64,000 nt of DNA from Convolutriloba macropyga (Eukaryota), in contig NC_134474.1 in NCBI RefSeq assembly GCF_964194025.1, positions 74,338,001 through 74,402,000 of the forward strand, read 5' to 3'. The notes beneath the pieces are model-generated. The model was not told where the DNA came from, searched no databases, and saw only the letters and a program-made list of their open reading frames with translations. Positions 1 to 14,056 of this stretch are shown one piece after another. A program made the translations under genes and the position numbers. Every line of letters begins with the position of its first letter. Position 1 is the stretch's first letter.

Positions 1-9
1 GGCCATAAG

Positions 10-296
10 NNNNNNNNNNNNNNNNNNNNNNNNNNNNNNNNNNNNNNNNNNNNNNNNNNNNNNNNNNNNNNNNNNNNNNNNNNNNNNNNNNNNNNNNNNN
101 NNNNNNNNNNNNNNNNNNNNNNNNNNNNNNNNNNNNNNNNNNNNNNNNNNNNNNNNNNNNNNNNNNNNNNNNNNNNNNNNNNNNNNNNNNNNNNNNNNNN
201 NNNNNNNNNNNNNNNNNNNNNNNNNNNNNNNNNNNNNNNNNNNNNNNNNNNNNNNNNNNNNNNNNNNNNNNNNNNNNNNNNNNNNNNNNNNNNNNN
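10..296. other. Assembly gap (run of N)
   Basis: Continuous Ns. Confidence 0.99.
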
Positions 297-520
297 GGCA
301 ATGCTAATCTATACCACAGACTGCATATAGTCAATCTAGTTCTTTTGTTTCTGAAGTGATAAAAAAGAACAAACTACAAAAGTAAGAATGAATCTACCTC
401 AATTTAAATTAGGTTGTGCAAAATGTTTTCGCAATATGTTATATTATTAATTCTTGTTTATATATTATATATTAACTATGTAATTATATATTAACTATAT
501 ATAACTATATAACTATAGAT

Positions 521-524
<4 letters not shown>

Positions 525-557
<33 letters not shown>
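525..557. repeat. (TA)n microsatellite; a second one lies at ~9427-9460
   Basis: Direct reading. Confidence 0.9.
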
Positions 558-560
<3 letters not shown>

Positions 561-1857
561 TATGTAGTTATATATACACTATATATAACTATATGTTAGC
601 AATGTTATATTATTGATTATATATTCTTCATTTTTATTAAACACTCCTGTGCCGCAGAGGCCTAAATTAAAATTAATGTCATCTTTAAATGGTTAGGATT
701 TGTTTAAAAGGAGTCAATGACTATCAAATTTGCTGGTTTTCTTTAGATTAGATTTCAGTTACACTATTGGGGCAAAAGCAAATATTTAATTATCTTGTCA
801 AATTTTCTGAATTCAAGTTTTTGAGATCCGACAAAGTTGCCACCTTGTTAGTGCTTCAACCTTCCAAGACTCTGGATATTATAGAATGGTTATGAAATTG
901 CTAGCACATGCCATAATTGAAATTCAAAATCAGGCTGGAATGGCCCATAAGAATGGCTTGCCAAGGTTTAAAGCCAGCGTTAGTACAGTAGTGACAGAAT
1001 AGACTAATTTAAGTTATTGATCACCACAAAAAAAACAAACCACTGCCTCCAATTGTTCTCTTCTATTTTTCAGTGGCAACAATTTCCCTTTTATTGATTT
1101 GTTCTCACTATGTTACAAATAAATCAGATACAATTTTATTATCAGGACTTTCGATTATATTCAAACGAGTTTACATACCCCTTTTTGGCCTTCATCTCAG
1201 TTTCGTATAAGATTTAAATAAATATAGTTAGTTTGATCTCTAATTAATTGAGACTAGAAGGGAGTTTTCTATCGACCAGTTTTGAGCAATAGTTGTTAAT
1301 AAGACCAGTTTTGTAGTTGTTTATTTTTATACTTAAATGGGAACTGGTCATCAGCTAGGATATTTCCACCCTCACTTTCATTTAAGTATGTTTTAATTTA
1401 CAAACGCCTAACTATGTTATAATCAGCTAAAATAAATTGAATATAATTAGGATTATGTTTTCCTTTTTGAAATACAATCGTAAAACCTGTCTTCAGTTTT
1501 GACTACCTTTTTCTACTTTTGACTAACCGTTACCACTAAACATTACCCTTATCACCATGACATCTTTGAGCGGAACAAAAAATTCGATATTAATAGTTCC
1601 AAATGGTTTTTGAAGACTGGTTTTCGAAGACTGGTTCTTGAAGACTGCAAAATGAGGTTAACGTTCCTATTATGAGCAGCAAAAAGTTACCAACTGAATG
1701 TAAATGAATGTTTCTAATCACATAACGTTCTTTGATTTCCTACAAGGTTACAAACATCTTACATGATTTCCTGGAAATAGTTCAGGAATCACACCAAAAC
1801 TTTGAAAGCCTAAACAATTGAAAACATAAAAAAAATTGGTTGAAGTTAGAGACATTT

Positions 1858-2002
1858 GGATCTTTTCCGTTTGTGCCCCCCGTTACAGAGCACGTGTCAT
1901 TACATAGTAAACCATTAGGTAAAAGTATGGCACGAGCGTCTGGGGGGCGCAAATAATATGCGCCCACTAAGCTGGGGGTGGGGGCACAAACGAAAACGAT
2001 CC
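1858..2002. mobile_element. MITE family A (TIR GGATCTTTTCCGTTTGTGCCCC)
   Basis: Terminal inverted repeats GGATCTTTTCCGTTTGTGCCCCC...GGGGGCACAAACGAAAACGATCC; the internal sequence is shared with copies at 57540, 58112, 59181, 60135 and 63129. Confidence 0.8.
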
Positions 2003-2629
2003 TCTTTTCTTTAGCACTCAAATTTGCAATGAACAATGCACATCAGGGTATTTGGGCGCATCACAAAGTGATACCGGAGAATCATATCAGTCATTTTTTT
2101 TTATAAGTATGATAACATTCATGGGAAGAACATTAGATGTATAATGTTTTGAGGCTTAAGTGTTCTAAATAATTGTTAAGTAGAATATTTCTGAAACAAA
2201 AAATCTTTGAATGAACTGTTTTTATGACTCATTTTCTAATATTGGTGCCTGGAGTTTTCCTAAGCAGGAAAATTGCCGAGAACGTAGCGGCTATACTTTC
2301 TAGTCGATAAATTAGCATTTTAAATCTCAATGAGCCAACATAATTTACCATAAAAGACATTGTCACAACTATTGCGTCACTCTTTTGGCAGTTATTTTGA
2401 TTGAAAGTTATGACGTCATCTCTAAACCAACTCCCGGTCGACTCATTTGAAAGATTGTTTGATATTGAAACAAGAATTGCAAAACTTTCTCCAAATATAG
2501 TAGGTGATAAATTATCAAAATTGAGACGTACAACCTAACTCTAAATGATAATTCTCCAATTATAAAACTATAAATTATTTTTGAATAATATACTCTACTG
2601 ATCAATTATTTTTAAGCTCAATTAACAAA

Positions 2630-3253
2630 ATGGAATCGACGAATGAGATGCTTGTTTTTAGCGACGAAACTGTTCTCAAGGTCTGTTCCCAATTGAAGTC
2701 ACATAACATTGGAAAAGTCAAAGAAGGCGTGGCATCATTGTGGAAGTTTTACCAAAATACCAGTTCAAATGACCAGAGATCCAAACTAGCAGACAAGCTG
2801 GCCCAATTATGTCTGGTACAACATGCCAAGAATATTTTCACAACACTTGAAATTCAGAACCATCCGGCGGAGGTTTCAGAACGAATAGCTGATTTAATAT
2901 TTGATTTGTTTATAAGATTAACCAATTACAGCTTAGATCTTTGTAAATCAGTTACGGAAACTGGGTTTTATCTGATACTGGTGAGAGAGGTGAAGGAGAA
3001 TTTTTTGTCTCTTGCGAGAGAATCGCCTTCTAGTTTGGGTTATAGCATCAAAACTCAAAAGGCAATCGACTGTTTGATTATTCTACACAATGTGTTGAGA
3101 TCCGATGCAGAATCGGTCACTGTTATGCAATCAAGCGGACTACGGGAATTGCTGCTCAGAATTACGAAATCGGCTGAGGGGAACCTACAGATAGTAGCTT
3201 TAATGACACTTTGTTTGACCTTTGACAGCCAGTGTAGCCCTAATACACTAAAG
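2630..3253 (+). CDS. ARM/HEAT-repeat-like helical protein, exon 1
   Basis: ATG at 2630 (AAAATGG), 208 open codons of amphipathic-helix sequence (e.g. CLIILHNVLR, IVALMTLCL), phase-0 donor AAG|GTAAAA after 3253. Confidence 0.75.
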
Positions 3254-4996
3254 GTAAAATTCTCAAAATATACAGAGCGTCGAATGTAAATTAGCCCTAA
3301 TTAGTTTTACAGATCAAAAATGTACATGTTGTTCCCCTACTCGCCTGTCGTCTTGAATTCTTTTGAAAAAATTTCTTGGTAGGTTACCTTAGCGTTTTAT
3401 TACATGAATTTAATCGAAATACAAGATTTCTAGTGTAGTTGATGTATTGAAGTGCGCAACACTCAGTATCATGAGCACGGCTTTGTGCTATTAGTTTGAG
3501 AACTAAGAGTGCCTGAAGCACAAATTTGATTTAAGAGAGTCCATTACGTCACGCCAACAGACTACTAAATAGCTTTGAATTGCGACTGTTTTAAAAACAA
3601 AAACTGAAAATCTTTAGAACTGAGAAGACCATCATGACTTGACAATACCATATCACCTTGAGACAACCAAACTAGTATTGATAACGCCATCGACACCTTT
3701 AGTTTATATCTATCCAAAAAGAAACCAAAGACAGCGTGTCCTATAAAAGAAGCCTGCTCATTCAGCTAACCCCACCTTTGGATCACAATAACTTCAGTAT
3801 TAAATTATACTTATGTGTTGTATGCTTTTGCCTAAAAAAGAACTCCTGGAAATAACGTGTTTGAAAACTTTTTATGATAATTGTTTACCTCAATAAAACT
3901 CATAAGATAATTGCAACTTTGCAATAATATCGCAATTGAGAGACAAATCGTATTATCTAACATATCCTAATTTCCATCTAAGTTACAAAATAACTAAAAC
4001 TGACTCAATTTGGGCTATTTCGTTCTTATTATTATAACACTATCGCCTCATCCTTGGTTCATTATTAATGCCGCTTCAATAACTTATTCTTTAAAAATTT
4101 TTTTAACCATCTTCAACAGTAGATTAAACACCAAGAGTAAAACTAGGGATTGACCTCTAAATTTTTACATGTGACCTCAAGATATAACTCTGTTGTTGAA
4201 TTATATACAGTGTGGACCACCAGTAACAATGGTGGTCACAAAGAAAACTCTCGCTCAATTTCTATACGAGAACACCCAAATTCTATACGAGAAATCTCAA
4301 AAAAAGTTTATAACGTTCAATGATTTTTTGGAGCATTTGTAGTCTATTTACCCAAACGTTTTGGTCCACCCAAATGTTTCATGCATCACGATGAAACCTA
4401 AAATAGAGACGTTAAAAAATATCAGGAAGAACTGTTCTCCTATGTAAAACGTTTTTAAATTTTTGTTTTGCGAACATGCTTTTTTTTTACAAGAAACGAC
4501 GCTATTTGTAACAAGCAAAAAAATGAATATGCAAAGTAGCTTTACAAATTCTAATATTGCGAAATTTTTGAATTTGTCAGATTCTATTGTACCTATAACT
4601 TATTCTTAGATCTCACTTATTTCACTTATTTCAACTTTCAAACCACTTTTTGATAATTTCGGAAAAGAGCGCATAGATAGAAATACAAGTCAGCTATGAA
4701 GCGGGAGAAAAATTTGACGTTTCATGTATTTTTTGCAGCAAATAATTGCAATTCTTGACAAAAAATTATTACAAAATGAAAAGGTTTTTAACAACTGAAA
4801 AGATCCCCTACAAGGTTATTTTATGTCTTCAATTTTTAACGCATAATTTTATTACTCTTAGAAAAGGTTTAGAAAATGATGAAAACCCTGAACGAGAGTC
4901 TTCTCTTTTCAGCGCTATTGCTAATGTTGAAGCCTCAATTTTCAAAACAATATTCCAGAGAAAATTCAATATTGTTGGATAGTTCTTCCCATTTAG

Positions 4997-5431
4997 GTTC
5001 CAAAATCCGTGATCCACACAATGTTGACCCAGTTTCTATCAAGTACAATTTCGGATGACGTCTTGCACTCGTTGGCAGATTCTTCAACTCCTGGGTTCGG
5101 CAACAGCGATTCGGGTTGCTGCATTGACGAAGTGTTACAATGTTTGTCCGTATTAGCCCTGAATCGGGAAAATTCCCTAGAACTGATCAAACAAGGAATC
5201 CTCTCTCAAATTGAGACTTTTTTGGAGTTTGCAGTTGAGCAGCCCTTCATTGAGACTGATCCTAGTCTTCACAGTGTCAACAATGCAACTAAATGGGCTC
5301 TGAGGTTGATTCTAAATTTGAAGAAAACAGTGCCACAAATGTCCGCATTGTTCGAATTTGAGGAACTGCTTTTGGCATTCAAATGTCATCCCAATGATGT
5401 TATCACGCAATTATACTGCGATTTAATTTAA
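4997..5431 (+). CDS. ARM-repeat-like protein, exon 2 (joined product about 352 aa)
   Basis: Acceptor TTCTTCCCATTTAG|GTT is phase 0 and in frame with ORF 5009-5431; ARM-like segment EVLQCLSVLALNRENSLELIKQGIL...WALRLILNL; AATAAA downstream at ~5697 and ~5767. Confidence 0.75.
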   Translation, partial: VPKSVIHTMLTQFLSSTISDDVLHSLADSSTPGFGNSDSGCCIDEVLQCLSVLALNRENSLELIKQGILSQIETFLEFAVEQPFIETDPSLHSVNNATKWALRLILNLKKTVPQMSALFEFEELLLAFKCHPNDVITQLYCDLI

Positions 5432-7422
5432 TTTAATTAATTTCTATTTTATCACCAAAAGTTAGACCCCGACTCTTGCAAACACAATACTTAATGGGAC
5501 GATCAGGGACGATGATTCAGGATTGTTCCCTTTCCTTTTTGCTCTAGAAAATCATAACTGTTAAAGATGAAAAAAACAAAAAAAAAACAGTTAAAAATCA
5601 ACCAGTTGTGTATAACCAGTGGGTACAAATTAGTCTCTCAATGAGTTCAGTTGATACATATTGTTTTTAATCAGTTGGACATTAATTAATTTCATAAATA
5701 AAGCTACGACTTCTTTACTGTAACCAAGTCGCATTGAGGAAAAGTTCCATATTGTTTTCACAATGAAATAAAGGTTCATTGTTAGTATAGGTTTCATATG
5801 GTGCCGTTTTGATTTGGTTATTAATTGTTTTTAATAAAAATGGACCTTAATTTGTAATTATTTGATTTTTGTCGCCGTTTTTTCTGGTAGTCTCATTAAT
5901 GACAGGTCTCATCGGCCCTCTAATCGGATTTTTAAAAAAATTATTTAAAGGTTTATCGTAATATAAGTAATTTTTTTTATCTCTTCCTCATTTGGTAGAC
6001 AATTATATGAAAAATTTAGATGAGCGGGTTCGGAACTTTATGTGCGAACGCACAAAACCGAGCCGCCTTGTTTGGCACTTTAGTCTGATTTGAGGTGACT
6101 TCAGAAAGGGCTGAAATAAAAAATAACTGACCTTGGAAGGAGCCACAATTGATTAAAAAACGATTAATTTACTGAGTCAATTAATTTCAACTCATGAAAT
6201 GGGACCCGAAAATTTTTAGCCAGTTATTTTTTATTTTTTCAGAAACAGAAGAAATTAAATTTTATTATTTACCAGCAAAATAAGTCCGAAGCGACTAAAG
6301 AATTGATTGGTTAAATACTGCGGGTCATTGTCATGCCTCAGCATTGGACTTAATATGTTACTATCACAACCGAACATCAGATCAATGTAACAAAACAAAG
6401 ACTCTTAGCATAAACTAACCAACAAGCTAGGGGTGATTAAATGGCATTTATCAAATTCGTCTCCTTTTGAATCAGGTCAAGTCAGATTTTTAACGTTGAT
6501 TCTTTTTGATTGAACCTTGATTTGAATCAGCTTGAATCGTTTTAAAGAATCTCAATTCAGAGTTGACTATTTTCAAATTATAATAAGTATGCCAAAAAAC
6601 TTTCATTTACTCAACTTCTTGCAAATGGCTAGGGGTATTAGCTGGCACACAAAATTAGAAGATATGCAGTATGATATGAGAAGCTTTGTCTTAATTATCT
6701 TTTGCCAAGAGAAGTTGTTCGGTTGTTGTAGATTGATATCAATACCCACGTTCCACTGAAACATGGACAAATTAACTAGTAGTCAAAACCAATTAAGGCT
6801 GGTTTTAAAAAAATGACGCTGTTTTACCCACTTAATGCTCAGTTAATTAACATGAACGGTAATTTTGTTGGATTTATATCTATTCAGAAATTTGCTAAAA
6901 GGTTTGTCAGTTGATTTTTATGTCGGCCAATTGACCGGTCATACTTGTAAATGACGATGTATATTATCAAAATTAAAGTGCTGAAATCAATCGATCGGAA
7001 TCTCAAATAGATTGTCTTAGTGTTTTGAAAAAAGTGTACGGCCATTTGTCAAGTAGAGGGATCTCCAGCATTTGAGTGGGTAACAAATGTCAAAAGTATT
7101 TGATTACAGTATTAATAAGAGAATTGAGGGAGAACAAAAATTCGAATGCAGTTGCTAATAAATAAATCAGTCAAAAATTAGATGAGTAGTTTTCAACTAT
7201 CACTTGGTTTCTCATTTCTCATACCGGTTAAATAATTGGAACATTATTCCATACCGCATACAGTTCATTTTTGCCATTTTAACCTTCTTTTCTAAATTAG
7301 TTCAAAACCTGATCTTGATTTAATTTCTTCATTTTATCAGACAGGAAACTGTCTGTTGATATAGAATGCGCACCTGAAATATATATAATCAGGTCCGACC
7401 TAGCACAATCTTCATTAGAATT

Positions 7423-8095
7423 TTGTCAAAATATGTGGTTTGTATGCTGAGACAGCGACAAGTAGTGAACTTAAACTTAGTGAACTGAAAAAATATTAAT
7501 TATAGAAGTGAAGAACAGATCAAGTCAAGGAATCTAAGCTAATCAAGGAGGCCAATTCTAGAAAAACGAGAATCCAGAACGCAGAATTCATTATCTCTAT
7601 CTCAATTATACGAGTAATCCGATCCCCAGAGCCGTTGAGTCATTTGGTCGTGCTATAGCCAAAAAAAGATCCCAAAAAGCAAGCTAAAAGGCATCTGGAT
7701 GGACTATTTGTTTTTCTAGATCCAGGAACGATTAATGAGTTTACGGCGTCAACATCTGACAACCGGTGGTTCGAGTCAAAAACAGTGACCCAGTGAAAAT
7801 CGGTACTGAAGAAGAGCTATCGGCCCACTTGCAATGTACGATGATAGACGACCGGACCATCACACAGAACATTTCACTGAAGAAAAGCTCCCCGCACATG
7901 CTTTGAATCTAGGACGACGGGTAAATGGCGATATTCTAATTAAATGAAGAAGACAAAGTCTAAACGAGGGGAATACGATGACTAAATCTTCAAACGTACA
8001 ACGAGCCCTGAAAACAAGATTTCCAAAAATGTGACGTTCAAAAAGACATCAAGATGAAATCAATGATGGTGAACAAGACCTCCCAGGCAAACAGT
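7423..8095 (+). mobile_element. Degenerate Gypsy fragment, diverged copy of ~9840-10500
   Basis: Colinear similarity, e.g. TGCTGAGACAGCGACAAGTAGTGAACTTAAACTTAGTGAA vs TGCGGAGACAGTGAGAAGTAGTGACCTGAAACTTAGTGAA, and shared AAATGAAGAAGACAA(A/G)GTCTAAAC. Confidence 0.7.
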
Positions 8096-8139
8096 GACGG
8101 TTAAGTCAAAGTGACGATAGCTGAGTTTAGCGGGAAATT

Positions 8140-9423
8140 AGCAACAATTTTCTCAACGAAGCTTTCCAAACTTAACTGATAGATTGCAAATTATTCACAA
8201 CCAAATAAATTATCATGGCTTCAATCATTAAAATTTCCGCTTATCTCAATAACGAAAACTAATATTTTCAAGGAGATCATTTGTTAAATAATATAGTAAG
8301 CTCCTAGTGTGAATAAATGTCACATAACCCATCAGGAAAAGCACAAAAAATTTCATTTTTTAACAAACAATTTGTGGTAGTGAAAACAAATAGGATCAAC
8401 AATTCGGTCATTAGGAACATTCGTCCTTGTGAACGGCAAGAAGCAATTATTGAAAAGACAGAAGGGAACCAAATTAAAATTAGCTTTTTGCCTTTAGTAA
8501 TATTCAAAACAGTCGCTCTCTATTCGTGATTCAAGATTCAATCCATTTTTCCTCTCAAAAATTTAATCAAACTCAAATTCAAAATTCTGACAGGTTTACT
8601 TCTAATCTTACTTTTCGAAAATTTGGTTTTAGCCATTACTCATTACCACAACATTAACACAAAAATTACTTCAATTATCTACAATTACTGTACACGCGCA
8701 TCGCATCTCCCCAAATTTACTACCCACAACCCAAAAATCCCCTATTCACAAACGATGGGAAAACAAGCAGCAAGACACAACAAAGTTCAACGCTTCAAAA
8801 ATCAAGGGTCGCGTTTGATCCAAATCGTGTGACAAGACCATTATGTCCGCTAAAACATCCACAAAAAATGAAATTCCTCATCTTGGACAAGGTCCAAAAC
8901 AAAAAAGTTTTTTTGATTAGATGACCTCAAAAGATGCCATACTAAACGAAATCTGTGATTGTGTGATAGCCGGTGATGAAGATAAATGCAAGCAATTATC
9001 CAAATACAACCTTTCCTATTGGAAGGATTTGCACGTGAAACACAGATCGTTGTGGATAGACGACAAACTGGCTGTCCCGCACGCAATGAGGGACGCGAGG
9101 ATCGATTCACTGCACTTGTCACACTCAGGTAGCTTGGGCATGACTGATCTGTCTGGAAATGCATGGTGGCCGTAGGTCAGTCGAGATTCTCTCACAAAAG
9201 CAACCGAATGCACTCCTTGAACTTTGATAGGAAAAAGTTAAAAAAGTATTACACCTAAATGCAAGTCTATACCGTTAGAAAAATGTAAATTACCGAATGG
9301 AGAACTACCGACAGGTTTTGCCGGACCAACTCTTGTTGATCAAAACCAAGAATTTTGTACATTAGTAGCAATAAACCGTCTTATCAAATTCCCTATCTCA
9401 AAAGTTTACAATTGTACATCGAA

Positions 9424-9462
<39 letters not shown>

Positions 9463-11184
9463 CTTCATTGGATATTATATATGCAACCAATCAAGTAGTA
9501 ACAAGAAATATTAGATTTGCAAGAGCGCGTAGCTTTATTGGTACAAAGTTTAAAAATTTCACCAAAAAACATTAAATCTAATAGAAGCTCCTGGAAAAAA
9601 CGATCGGGCATTCAGTCTAGTTGAGAAATTGGTTCAGCAATCGAAGCGCACACTTGCCTGTATTAATTACCAAAACAAAATCGCAAATCATAAAACAAAC
9701 ATCCCAAAAACAGTTGAAGATATCATCTATCAGTTACATATTTGCTCACAAAGAATTAGAATCTCGTTTTTCAAGGCAATTTACGGACGTCCACCGAATG
9801 CGCTCCTTAAAATTATATAATCAAGTTCAAAATCACAATGTCAAAATGTTTTGTTTGGATGCGGAGACAGTGAGAAGTAGTGACCTGAAACTTAGTGAAA
9901 TGTAATAACATCGATTATAGAAGCGAAGAGAAAATCAGGTCAGGAGAGTCAAAGCTAATCAAGGAGGTCAAAGATAGAAATAACGAGAATCCAGAACGCG
10001 GAAGTCGTTATCTCTATCTGAATGAAAAGAGCAACCGGATCCCCACAATCGCTGAATCAGCTCGTCTTGCTATAGCCCAATGTAAACCCCAAAAAGCAGA
10101 CTAGAAGACATCTGGATGAATTACATTATTTTTTAGGTCCAGGAACGGTCATTGAGTTAACGGCGTCAACGTCAAACATTTTGGAACCCGAAGAAACGCT
10201 GGTTTGAGTCAAAACTGCAATTTGGCGAAGATCGAAAGAAAAGCAACTGACCCCCTCGCTACGAGACGAACGGATATCACACAAAAATTCTACTGAAGAT
10301 GATCTCAACCCACAAGCCTCGAATCTAAGACGATAGGTAAACTGCGAGTTTCTATTCAAATGAAGAAGACAAGGTCTAAACCAGGGGATTAGGAGAATAG
10401 GATGACTAAATCGTCAAACTTACAACAAGCCCCCCAAATAAGAGCTCCGGAAATGTGACGTCCAACAACCCATCGAGATGAAGTCAAACAGGGCGAACAG
10501 GTGAAGGAAGTTTACGCAAACTTTCACATAAAGAGCACGAGAACAAAAGGAAGACAAATACCTAAGCAAATTTTTATGGCTTCGAGGAGGCCAGTAGACC
10601 TATATCTAAAAGACAGCCATCAACGAGTAGACAAAAACGAGAAAAGGGATGCTTCTGTCAACAAGATACCTGAAAAACAAATACATTCTACTCCCGTTGA
10701 CGGAAATCTCGATAAAAGAGTCAGTGCGAAGGGCATTCGAAAATTTAAACGCGACTAGCGTGTAACTAATGCTGACTCAGAATTACCTGGAAACTCAGCA
10801 AAGCCCGTGCAGTTAACCGTCGGCTTCAGACTTGGAAAAGACTATTTTTTACGAAAATGTAGTAGATATGTCAAAATAAGAGCCAATTGAGAAATCCGCT
10901 CTAGAAAACGAGCATGAGTTCTCCCTAGTGGGAACATTTTATTAAGGGGCGGTGTAAAGAGATGAAAAACTTTTAAGGAGACTGCGTGACCATCAAAAGC
11001 TTATGTTGCCATAAAGATTATCTTGCTATAAATATGTCAATCAATTTAATGCAACAATTTTTACTGTGTAAACATATACTTAATACGTAGCAAACATTCG
11101 GAAATTTTTCGCCATACATTAAATTACTTAAACAATCATTAATCTCAGTGTTGTATTATTCAATAAATTTCATTTACATTTACA
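8140..11184 (+). mobile_element. 5'-truncated degenerate Ty3/Gypsy LTR retrotransposon (RNase H end, integrase, PPT, 3' LTR)
   Basis: RNase H tail-like MSHNPSGKAQ; integrase HHCC region LWIDDKLAVP...LHLSHSG...WWP*...ECTP; core remnants FAGP and ILVAINR; many stops and frameshifts; purine tract AAGGGGCGG directly before TGTAAA at 10953. Confidence 0.8.
10953..11184 (+). repeat. Putative 3' LTR of the Gypsy element
   Basis: Follows the PPT; TGTAAA...TTTACA inverted termini; internal TATAAAT (~11027) and AATAAA (11162). No 5' LTR partner was seen in the window. Confidence 0.6.
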
Positions 11185-13470
11185 AACAACTTTTTCCATC
11201 GGAAGGGAAATACGGTACACGCGACTCATTTCGGCTGCGTTTGGTATCCGGCAGTCGCGTTACCATATTGTTCCTCAATTTCTCCCTGCTATCGGGTCCA
11301 ATCTTTTGATCTTTCTTTGTACGTTAGGCTTCATTCTTGCCATAAGACCTTTATGAACGTACTTGTTATGTACTTATTGCTATTTTGTCTGTCTATGCAT
11401 TCCATTGTATGAACATTTTTCACTCTCTTGTGAGTTCTGAAATAGAACAGTTGCAATTATACTTAATGTGACAAAAAATTAACAAGGAAATTAAAGTTGT
11501 ATTTAAGAAATAGTACAGCCATCAAAATGTTGAACTAGGCAAATGTGTTCTTCTTTATTGCTTCGCTTCAAACTCTTCTTTTTTGCATCATAAATTTTTT
11601 TTTGCCAGATGCCAACTTGGAAGCTGACATTTGCAATCATTTAGTGGTGTTGGAAGCTGACATTTGCATTCATTTAAATCATGAGCAAACAATGTTTTTA
11701 AAAATATTAGCAAAAACTGTATTAGCAGTCTTCGTTTTACCTTAGTCCCCCCAAAAAATTTTGTTTATAAAAACAAAATTGACAATTTACCATGTTTTGG
11801 TAATAAGCCTACAAAAAGTAGCTATTCCAGGGGTTAATATGAACAAAGATATAAAAATTTCAAACCTATTTTTTAGAGCTAATGTGTGATATAACATTAA
11901 TGTGTGATATAACTAATGTTTGAAGAACCTGTGGAAAATAAATCTGCCTACATAAAAAACCAAAAATTGCTACAAAAAACGGAAATTTGCAGAAAAGATT
12001 TATAACTCAGATAAATGACTGTGTTGTGTTGAGTTGTTGAACAGCTCCAGCATTTTTTCACCGTAAAGATGCAACAAATTGGTTGTTGAACGCAGTTTAC
12101 AACTTGTGTTAATTCGAAACGCGTCGAAATTAGAGTAAAAAGTTTTCGGTAAAAACAATTGATCTGGTGGTCTCTTACTGCTAGAGCAAAGGGCGCTGAC
12201 AAGAAATCAAGGTTTTTTTTTCGTGAAACACCACCTATAAATTGTTCAAGTGTTCTGCCTGAAGAGAAAACACACGGAAAAAGATTTTCAGATATTGTCT
12301 GTTTTGAAATTGGACAAGGAGCTAGTTATGAAAACACTATAATACAAACTGGAAACATTTTTCTGAAACGACGGCAAATGATATTTTAAAATCTACAACA
12401 CTAAATATGAAACTAATCTCTTTTCTGTTAAGCAGATGAGCAAATTTTTCTAATTTACTATGTAACAATGACAAAAAATCAGGAATTATAATCACTAACT
12501 GTTAAGAAAAACTTTTTTTTAAAGAAACCTGCTCTGTTTTTTTGCGTATTAGGAGTTGGCATAAGTTTGATAGCTTTTCAGCTGTTAGCATTCTCCAAAC
12601 GCTTCCAGAGATTTGTGGTCAGCAGTTGCGGACCAGTGAGTTAGACACAATTTATATTTGAAACAATAAGTGAACCGGTTCAGGTATGGATAAATGAAGT
12701 GCCTAATTTTCTAATCAAGAGAACTTTTTTGAATTTTGCACATTTTTTGTATTCGAGCTAAAAAACCCGCTTCAAATGAAAACTTGAACTTCAAATCAAA
12801 CTTCTATAAAATTGAACGAAGTAGAAAGTTCTGATCAGTCTCCGAATTGCTGTGGATGTAGTAATCAAAATATTGAATCCAAACTGCCCTTCAATTTGAT
12901 AAATTTCAAAGTTCTGTTCTCATAATTTCAAAGTTCTGCATATCAGGTCGGTCGTAGAATTCAGTTTAGAACTCAGATGAAGTTAGTTTACTTTATAGTA
13001 GGCTTGTTAACGCACCAGGAGCAACAATTCGTTCAAAACTTACACTAGATTGTAATTAAAGAATACTGGATATTTTTATACATGTTTTTTCATTTGAGTT
13101 TTCGATCTACGCGTATGTTCGACATTTCGAGAGGATTAAAAATTAAAGCAGCGAGAAAACACAATAGTAATTCTCACAATTGAAATTTGAAATCGGACTA
13201 CATGTTTGCATGCAGAACTACAGCAAGAAATTTTCAATATGAAAAGAACTGACGAAATATTGCAAGTGAAAATCACAAAATGGTAAGCGTTGTGCACATT
13301 TTGAACCGTGTACAACAATGCTGTCAATTAGACTGTAAAGTAGATTTGCAATAGTAAAGTCACTATTATGCGTTCATGTTAGTCAGTGAAAGAAAACGGC
13401 AGTTGTTCTCTTTCAACCAAACTGAACTTCTTTTGAAGAGAAACACAGAACCAGAAACATGTAGATGAAT

Positions 13471-14056
13471 TGCAGCGAATTGTAACCAAAAAGATTCAAT
13501 TATTTTATGTCGCTCAAACTCATTCGAAACTTATTTGAGAGAGGTATTTTCCATCTTCACTGAACTATGTAAAAGTTAACGCTATGACCTCCTTATCATT
13601 AAGTAGACACGCTACAGAGAATGAATATAACCAACTAACGACCGGCGAGCGGTTGGCTTCTTCAGTAGCTAGCCACGGATTAGTGAGGCTAGCTTTAGCT
13701 CAATTAAGGGGCGTAAGCGAGCGAAGCGGGGGGGCACCGGGGGCTGATGGGGTGGCAAAAGTGGGGGCAACAGTGGTGGGCAACAGTGGGGGGGGGGGGG
13801 GGTCAATCTCTAAAAACCACCCTTCACAGCATAAGTATAGGTCTCCAAAACAGATTCTGTGAATCGCATACTTGAAGACTAGTGAGCTGAAAGGCTCTAA
13901 GAGCACTTAATGTCCACTGGGCGCTACCTGTTCATCTCGTTTTTGAGGAGTAAAAGTCAAATGCGTCAGACGAAAAATTGGTCAAGCAAAAAATCGCATA
14001 AAAAGACCGACAAGACTATTATAATTGCTACATGCTTCGTATGCGAGCAATTAAAA
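13471..14056. repeat. Dispersed repeat with G-rich core, copy 1 (block order X-Y)
   Basis: Block X 13471-13622 matches 18759-18910; block Y ~13625-14056 matches ~18265-18715. Confidence 0.8.

Noticed and set aside
4746-4982. ORF as an additional exon of the ARM gene
   Set aside because: It ends in a stop just before the good phase-0 acceptor at 4996 and shows no recognisable similarity.
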